Source of the DNA: a virus | Lineage: Duplodnaviria > Caudoviricetes | IMG/VR virus record: IMGVR_UViG_3300029825_000021 | Location: 1 to 39,839 of that record | DNA: 39,839 nt | Reading direction: 5' to 3' (one strand) | Shown here: positions 35,351 to 39,839 of the stretch, one piece after another | Layout: each line of letters starts with the position of its first letter | Position numbering within the stretch: position 1 is the stretch's first letter | Notes under the pieces: generated by a model | Told to the model about the DNA's origin: nothing | The model's database searches: none | Seen by the model: the letters and a program-made list of their open reading frames with translations, nothing else | Made by a program: the position numbers and the translations under genes

Positions 35351-36649
35351 TTACCTCTCGTTTCTAACAAGCTGCGAGATTAGCCGCTCGAATGTGTATT
35401 CAAACGCATCTAGCGTGTCAATATCGCTTGTGCCGTTGTCCAGCCGCTCATCGTCCGTTGTGTTTTTCGGATTCCACACAGCCCCCGAAAACGCATCGTC
35501 CAGCGTTTGGCATTCCTCCGGGATATAAAAAAATCGCCCCTGCGCCATTAGCCTAAGCGTTGCCCTGATTCGGTCGTTGATCGTGGTCTTTAGCGCATTC
35601 CCGATTGCCGGGGCCAGCCACGCCATGCCCGCCTTTCGTGCCGCCGTTCGTAATCCCGCTATAAGCGTTTGCTCCGCGCTATCGCAATACACATGATGGA
35701 TAACGCCGTAACGGTCTATGATCTTGCGGCAGAAGTCTATGAACAGATCCCCCAGCTTGTCCGGGTCTATTTCCTCTCGCTGATCGCCGCGCATGTGCCG
35801 CTCCGATGCAAGAGCAATCAAATGATTGTATCCTCGCGTGATGCCCGATGCAACGAACGCATGCCCGGAATTGCCGCCGCCAAAGTCCACGCCGATATTG
35901 ATCTCCATGAGGTCTTTGACATCTTCGGGCTTAATCTTATATTTCTCGCGGTTGTTGGCGAACACTTGATATATTGCGCCATCAGCCGTTACCCACAGGC
36001 CCCTAACATATCGGTCGAAGAATACCCCGGTAAAGCTCGCCTTTGCCTTCTCTAGCGCCTTTTCGGTCAGTGAAGGGTTATCCTCCATAAGAAAGTGAAG
36101 ATGCTTTGCGTTGTGCTCTGCGGGCTTTAAAACCCATTCCTTGTAAAACCAGTGGTTAGGGTTTTCCGGGTTGCAGTTAAACCATAGCTTGGAATTGTCA
36201 ATGGATAGCGTTCTGGCGATTGCCTGATCTACAAACGATTGCGGCATAAGCGCCACTTCGTCAAACAGAACCCCGGCCAGCGTGATGCCCTGAATCAGCA
36301 TGTAGCTGCTCTCATCCTTGCCGCCGAACACATAGAAATAGTTGGTCTTGCAGCCGCGCCTGACGGTCAGCAGGGAAGTGGAGCGCGAATAGCTCATGGC
36401 GTATTTTTTGCGCATGCTCCCAATGCTCATTAGCGGCGCGATGATGTTCCGCTCCGCGCTTCGTACCGTCTTGCCGCTTATGCCAAAGCTGGCCCCGTCA
36501 AAGATTGCCATTGCCCACTCGATGAAGGCAATAACCATGATCGTGGTTTTCCCGCTTCGTACAGCGCCATCACATATCAAAGCATCGTATGGCTCGGCCA
36601 TGAACTTGAATATCTCCGCTTGTTTCGGTGAAATGGAATCAAACCTCAT
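35351..36649 (-). CDS. terL: Terminase large subunit (PBSX-like)
   Basis: DGAVRSGKT; IQG.TLAG..FDEVAL; NCNP..P.HWFY; GVDFG; CDSAE; D.LDA.EY. Confidence 0.95.
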   Translation of the reverse strand: MRFDSISPKQAEIFKFMAEPYDALICDGAVRSGKTTIMVIAFIEWAMAIFDGASFGISGKTVRSAERNIIAPLMSIGSMRKKYAMSYSRSTSLLTVRRGCKTNYFYVFGGKDESSYMLIQGITLAGVLFDEVALMPQSFVDQAIARTLSIDNSKLWFNCNPENPNHWFYKEWVLKPAEHNAKHLHFLMEDNPSLTEKALEKAKASFTGVFFDRYVRGLWVTADGAIYQVFANNREKYKIKPEDVKDLMEINIGVDFGGGNSGHAFVASGITRGYNHLIALASERHMRGDQREEIDPDKLGDLFIDFCRKIIDRYGVIHHVYCDSAEQTLIAGLRTAARKAGMAWLAPAIGNALKTTINDRIRATLRLMAQGRFFYIPEECQTLDDAFSGAVWNPKNTTDDERLDNGTSDIDTLDAFEYTFERLISQLVRNER

Positions 36650-37188
36650 TTTTTCACCGCCTCGGAGATGGCCTCAAATAGGTTGTCGCTTTCCGATTCC
36701 TGCGCCTTGCCCTGCGCCTCGATAGATTGCACAGTATCGCGGATGTTTTTGAGCGCCGCCGTTACTTGCTGTAATCCTTGCCGATCAATCGGCCCCGGCG
36801 CGATGTCCTTTGTCTCGATCTCTGATATGATTTCCTTAACCGGCTTATTCTTGCCGTTGTACTTTACTTCCTTTGTCCGCGTTTTGTTTGTGACGATATG
36901 CGTATCAAGCTGATCTGCCGCCTGTTCAATCCGCGCTAAAAGCGTATCGGCGGTTGAAAGTATGCGGCTAATTCGCCCAGCCTCCTTGTTCGCCACCACA
37001 TCAGCTGTCTTCTGTAACGTTTTCGCCAGCACCTTGTTACGCTGACCTTCTCGTAACGCCGTCCATCCCTCCCTGCTGGCCTTGTCCCGCAACGTTGGGA
37101 ACGACACGCCGTATTTTTCAGCCAGCTTTCGATAGCTGATAGAGCCGCTCACGTACTCGCTTTTGATTTTCAGCCAGTCAGCCATCAC
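36646..37188 (-). CDS. terS: Terminase small subunit
   Basis: DW..IK.EY....SYRKLAEKYGVS..TL...A..EGW HTH; directly upstream of terL. Confidence 0.8.
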   Translation of the reverse strand: MMADWLKIKSEYVSGSISYRKLAEKYGVSFPTLRDKASREGWTALREGQRNKVLAKTLQKTADVVANKEAGRISRILSTADTLLARIEQAADQLDTHIVTNKTRTKEVKYNGKNKPVKEIISEIETKDIAPGPIDRQGLQQVTAALKNIRDTVQSIEAQGKAQESESDNLFEAISEAVKK

Positions 37189-37217
37189 CTCACCTCATCT
37201 CTTTTTGCTTGCCGCCC

Positions 37218-37547
37218 CTAAAGAAGTCTTACTATATACCCGCTATCAAGGCTCCTTCGATTATCAATGATAAATGCGGCGTTGTTGGGCTTCTTCTCAA
37301 TCTCGTTAAGGGCCTTCTCGTAGCTTTCCTTGATCTTATGCCACGTTGCAAGTTCCTTACCCATTCCGCTTTTGGGGCCCCAGCCTATTTCACCCAAAAC
37401 CTTTTCAATGCGGGCTATGTTCTTATCGATTGTGGATTGCGAATCTGCGATAATCTGCTTTGCCCATGCTATCTGCTTTTCGGTGCCGGTTAGTTTGATC
37501 GTCTTCCCTCCGCCGCCGGAACCACCGGAGCCTCCTCTGCCGCCCAT
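37218..37547 (-). CDS. Hypothetical protein starting MGGRGGSGGSGGGG
   Basis: GGAGG RBS; L.GTEKQI.WA..I motif; directly follows DUF4417. Confidence 0.75.
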   Translation of the reverse strand: MGGRGGSGGSGGGGKTIKLTGTEKQIAWAKQIIADSQSTIDKNIARIEKVLGEIGWGPKSGMGKELATWHKIKESYEKALNEIEKKPNNAAFIIDNRRSLDSGYIVRLL

Positions 37548-37549
37548 AA

Positions 37550-38185
37550 TTACGCCCTCCTTTGTTTCGCTTTTCGCTTCGCTGCGATTTGTTCATAATG
37601 CGGTGGGATTTCGATAATGTTGCAAGTCTCAACCTCGGCGGGAACTTTCCCATAAAAGATAATTCCAGACGGCGAAAGAACCTCCATCATTTTTTCGTAT
37701 CCCGCTAAAAATGCCCGTTTGCTCTCGGTGCTATTTTGCGTTCCCACGCTTGATACCGCTACTATACTTTCGTGCGGCTCGCCATCAAAGCACCACTCGA
37801 ACGATGCCGGGGTGCTCCACGAAATTGTAGGGTATACAATTACCCCCATCGCTTGCCAGTACGCCGCCAGCCAGTGCTTGCGATAATGATTATAAATTTG
37901 CATTGCAGCCGGCATGTCCGTATACATCGAAAAATCAGGCGAACACACGCAATCAAACCTGCGCAAGGTGCTTATGTATCTATCGGGGGCGTTCCAAAGC
38001 CGGGCAAACTGATAATCATCTATAAAAAAATGTATACCGGCGTTTCCGTCGGCGCTTGTTTTCGCATAATTGAATGGCATCCAGTCTAGATTCTTATTTA
38101 TTTCGTATTCCGGAAGAATCTCCGGGATATCAAGCGCCCCGATCCCCGTAATTTTTAATTTATCCAGGTTTTCAAAGTTTAGCAT
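37550..38185 (-). CDS. DUF4417-family protein
   Basis: HFFIDDYQF.RLW..P.RY; SPDFS.Y.DMP...QIYNHYR.HW...YWQ..G..V.PT.SW; FDGEP. Confidence 0.85.
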   Translation of the reverse strand: MLNFENLDKLKITGIGALDIPEILPEYEINKNLDWMPFNYAKTSADGNAGIHFFIDDYQFARLWNAPDRYISTLRRFDCVCSPDFSMYTDMPAAMQIYNHYRKHWLAAYWQAMGVIVYPTISWSTPASFEWCFDGEPHESIVAVSSVGTQNSTESKRAFLAGYEKMMEVLSPSGIIFYGKVPAEVETCNIIEIPPHYEQIAAKRKAKQRRA

Positions 38186-38284
38186 AATTTCCCTCCTTTT
38201 GCGCTGACCATCATTAACGTTTGGCCCGGTATCGGCACTCTTGCAGACTTCCAAAATTTTCTCAAATTATTTTTCAAAACCCTG

Positions 38285-38313
38285 TTGACACGCCCCGCAA
38301 TGCGTGGTATAAT
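38285..38313 (+). promoter_or_regulatory. Consensus sigma-A promoter with an operator-like palindrome in the spacer
   Basis: TTGACA-17 bp-TATAAT, extended -10 TG, A/T-rich upstream tract; CACGC-N8-GCGTG and CGCA-A-TGCG inverted repeats. Confidence 0.85.
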
Positions 38314-38371
38314 TAAGTCAAGAAAAGCGATAAGTCCTCACCAACAGGGAGGCGCGCAAGGGAGACAGACA

Positions 38372-38593
38372 ATGAAAAAGCAGTGCTTAACACCAGAACG
38401 CGAGGCCCTGATCCGGCAGTACGATAAGGCAATCGGCAGCTACAACCCTGAAACTAATCAGATTGGTACTTTTGACGACGAAAAGGCAGCCCAGGCATAT
38501 GACGCTTTCATGAGCGACATTGAAACCGAAACCGAAGAAAACAAACGATACTTGCTTGATTGCTGGTTCTGGCATGCGCACCTGACTGACTAA
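38372..38593 (+). CDS. Small acidic protein (73 aa; 15 D/E vs 8 K/R)
   Basis: GGGAG RBS + ATG at 38372; first gene after the promoter. Confidence 0.75.
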   Translation: MKKQCLTPEREALIRQYDKAIGSYNPETNQIGTFDDEKAAQAYDAFMSDIETETEENKRYLLDCWFWHAHLTD

Positions 38594-38594
38594 G

Positions 38595-38642
38595 CCGCAC
38601 TGATGAGCCGTAAACGGCGAAACCCCGATAAGGGGTCTGCGG
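38595..38642 (+). ncRNA. Type I hammerhead ribozyme; cleavage predicted after GUC at 38637
   Basis: Stem I CCGCA/TGCGG; core CTGATGA; stem II GCCG-TAAA-CGGC; GAAA; stem III ACCCC-GATAA-GGGGT; then C. Confidence 0.93.
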
Positions 38643-38682
38643 ATAAGCCCCGACCACATGGCGGGCACCCAGGAGGTGTATT

Positions 38683-38952
38683 ATGACTACAGAACTCTAT
38701 CGCTCTTTCGAAGGCAAGCTTGATGTAGAACATCGAAACGGTTTTATCATTTCTGCGCTCGATAATGGCCGGTTGCGCATCAAAACTTTCTCAGTCTATA
38801 CCGATGAGCCGGAATACACCTACTACATAATGCCAACAGAGCAATACAACGCCGATACCACATTTACACACGAAACCGCACGATCACTGCTTGAACAGAT
38901 CCGGCGCGACACTATCAAACCATACCGGGTACAGATCGACAGAAAGGTATAG
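38683..38952 (+). CDS. Small hypothetical protein (89 aa)
   Basis: AGGAGGTG RBS. Confidence 0.75.
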   Translation: MTTELYRSFEGKLDVEHRNGFIISALDNGRLRIKTFSVYTDEPEYTYYIMPTEQYNADTTFTHETARSLLEQIRRDTIKPYRVQIDRKV

Positions 38953-38961
38953 GGCGCGACC

Positions 38962-39150
38962 ATGACAATACCTGAACGCCTAAAGAACGCCCGCGGCACA
39001 CTCTCACAGGCAGCAGCAGCCGCACAGCTCAACATCCCGCTCCGCACCTGGGAGGACTGGGAGCGAGGGGCCAGAACCCCGCCAGAGTATGTGGTGGCAC
39101 TGATCGAGATGGCACTCACCACGCGCCCCGCCCCAAAAGCCTCCGATTAA
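38962..39150 (+). CDS. XRE-family HTH regulator (62 aa)
   Basis: LK.AR..LSQ...A..L.IP.RTWEDWE.G.RTPPEYV. Confidence 0.88.
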   Translation: MTIPERLKNARGTLSQAAAAAQLNIPLRTWEDWERGARTPPEYVVALIEMALTTRPAPKASD

Positions 39151-39166
39151 CCGGGGGCTTATTTTT
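39137..39166 (+). terminator. Intrinsic (probably bidirectional) terminator
   Basis: AAGCCTCCG-ATTAAC-CGGGGGCTT-ATTTTT. Confidence 0.7.
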
Positions 39167-39174
39167 GCCCGGCA

Positions 39175-39602
39175 CTATCTCCATTCTTTCCGCTCCCCGG
39201 ATAGGGTGACGGTGTCGGGGTGGAAGGCCACAGGCTGCATTAGCTTCTGCTCGGGATACCCGCCCATGTCTAGCCATGCCGTGCAAACAAATATCAGCGT
39301 CTTGGCCCGTGTAACTTTGTTATTGCGCGGATCGTATATTATCCGGCCAGAAGGTGCTTTTGCTCCCGGGGCGTGTATAACTCCGTGTATATGTCCGTTT
39401 TTGATGTTTTGATTCCGTTGTCGATCAGATCCCCGGCCAAGATGATGGCGGCGTTGTCCTGATCCCCGATCATTTTTAGGTAGTCGGAGAAGGCCTTTTC
39501 CATGCATTGCATAGAGCCTAGATGCACATCCGAAATAGGATAAAGGGTAAGCTGCTTTACGTCCTCGCCGTACTCTTTTGTAATAACCTTAATCGTCATC
39601 AC
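39175..39602 (-). pseudogene. Metallophosphoesterase with an internal deletion and frameshift
   Basis: The 5' frame has SDVH and GDLID motifs. The 3' frame has the C-terminal DPRN..V...WLD.GGY...K...P. The GNH and GHxH motifs are absent. Confidence 0.65.
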
Positions 39603-39839
39603 CGCCTGTCATGCATACTACGGGTATACCCGCCGATTCTGCGTATTCTATTTCTCGCCGCATCCCCGGCGATATTGCGCCCCAATAATGCAGTTCGTCG
39701 CACCGGGCCAGGACTTCCAGCCCGTGGGCAAGACCTTCCTCCCGGCCTGTATCTTCGTCTAGCATCTGGGTAAAAAAGGCATGCGGCGCAAACGGCGTAT
39801 TCCCTAGCGCCATTTCCAACAGGCAGTAGTTTATGGCCC
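39589..39839 (-). CDS. DUF4406/nucleoside-deoxyribosyltransferase-like protein (runs off the window end)
   Basis: PFAPH..F.Q.LD...REEG...G..VL.RCDEL..WG.IS.GM..EI..A...GIP. Confidence 0.75.
   Translation of the reverse strand, partial: AINYCLLEMALGNTPFAPHAFFTQMLDEDTGREEGLAHGLEVLARCDELHYWGAISPGMRREIEYAESAGIPVVCMTGGDDD

Noticed and set aside
38945-38960. AGGTATAGGGCGCGAC resembles the TnpB-1 guide flank (GGGTATAGGCGCGGCGG), hinting at targeting of the XRE gene start
   Set aside because: It needs an indel, has mismatches in the TAM-proximal seed and has no TTTAT next to it; likely chance.
1-39839. CRISPR mini-array or tRNA genes
   Set aside because: No regularly spaced repeats or cloverleaf motifs were seen in the intergenic regions; not checked computationally.

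Overview
The window is an essentially complete, circularly permuted ~39.9 kb siphophage genome. One gene starts at 33 and continues from 39839. The host is probably a Bacillota/Clostridia member, judging by AGGAGGTG ribosome-binding sites and sigma-A promoters. Almost all genes are on the minus strand: cro/antirepressor, recombination and replication, accessory genes, late activator, then DUF4417, terminase, A118/SPP1-like head and tail, and lysis. The phage is of temperate ancestry and is in its excised form, with an attP-like palindrome between the integrase end and the holin. However, the CI repressor and the catalytic half of the serine integrase are missing. It carries two catalytically intact TnpB/omegaRNA elements (one has lost its left end and most of tnpA) and two free-standing HNH-type endonucleases, and shows four apparent deletion scars. 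The most striking feature is an oppositely oriented cassette at 38285-39166 that resembles an acr-aca anti-defence operon with a built-in self-cleaving RNA: consensus promoter with palindrome, small acidic ORF, canonical hammerhead ribozyme, small ORF, XRE-HTH gene, terminator. All family calls come from motif recognition by eye; no database searches were run.
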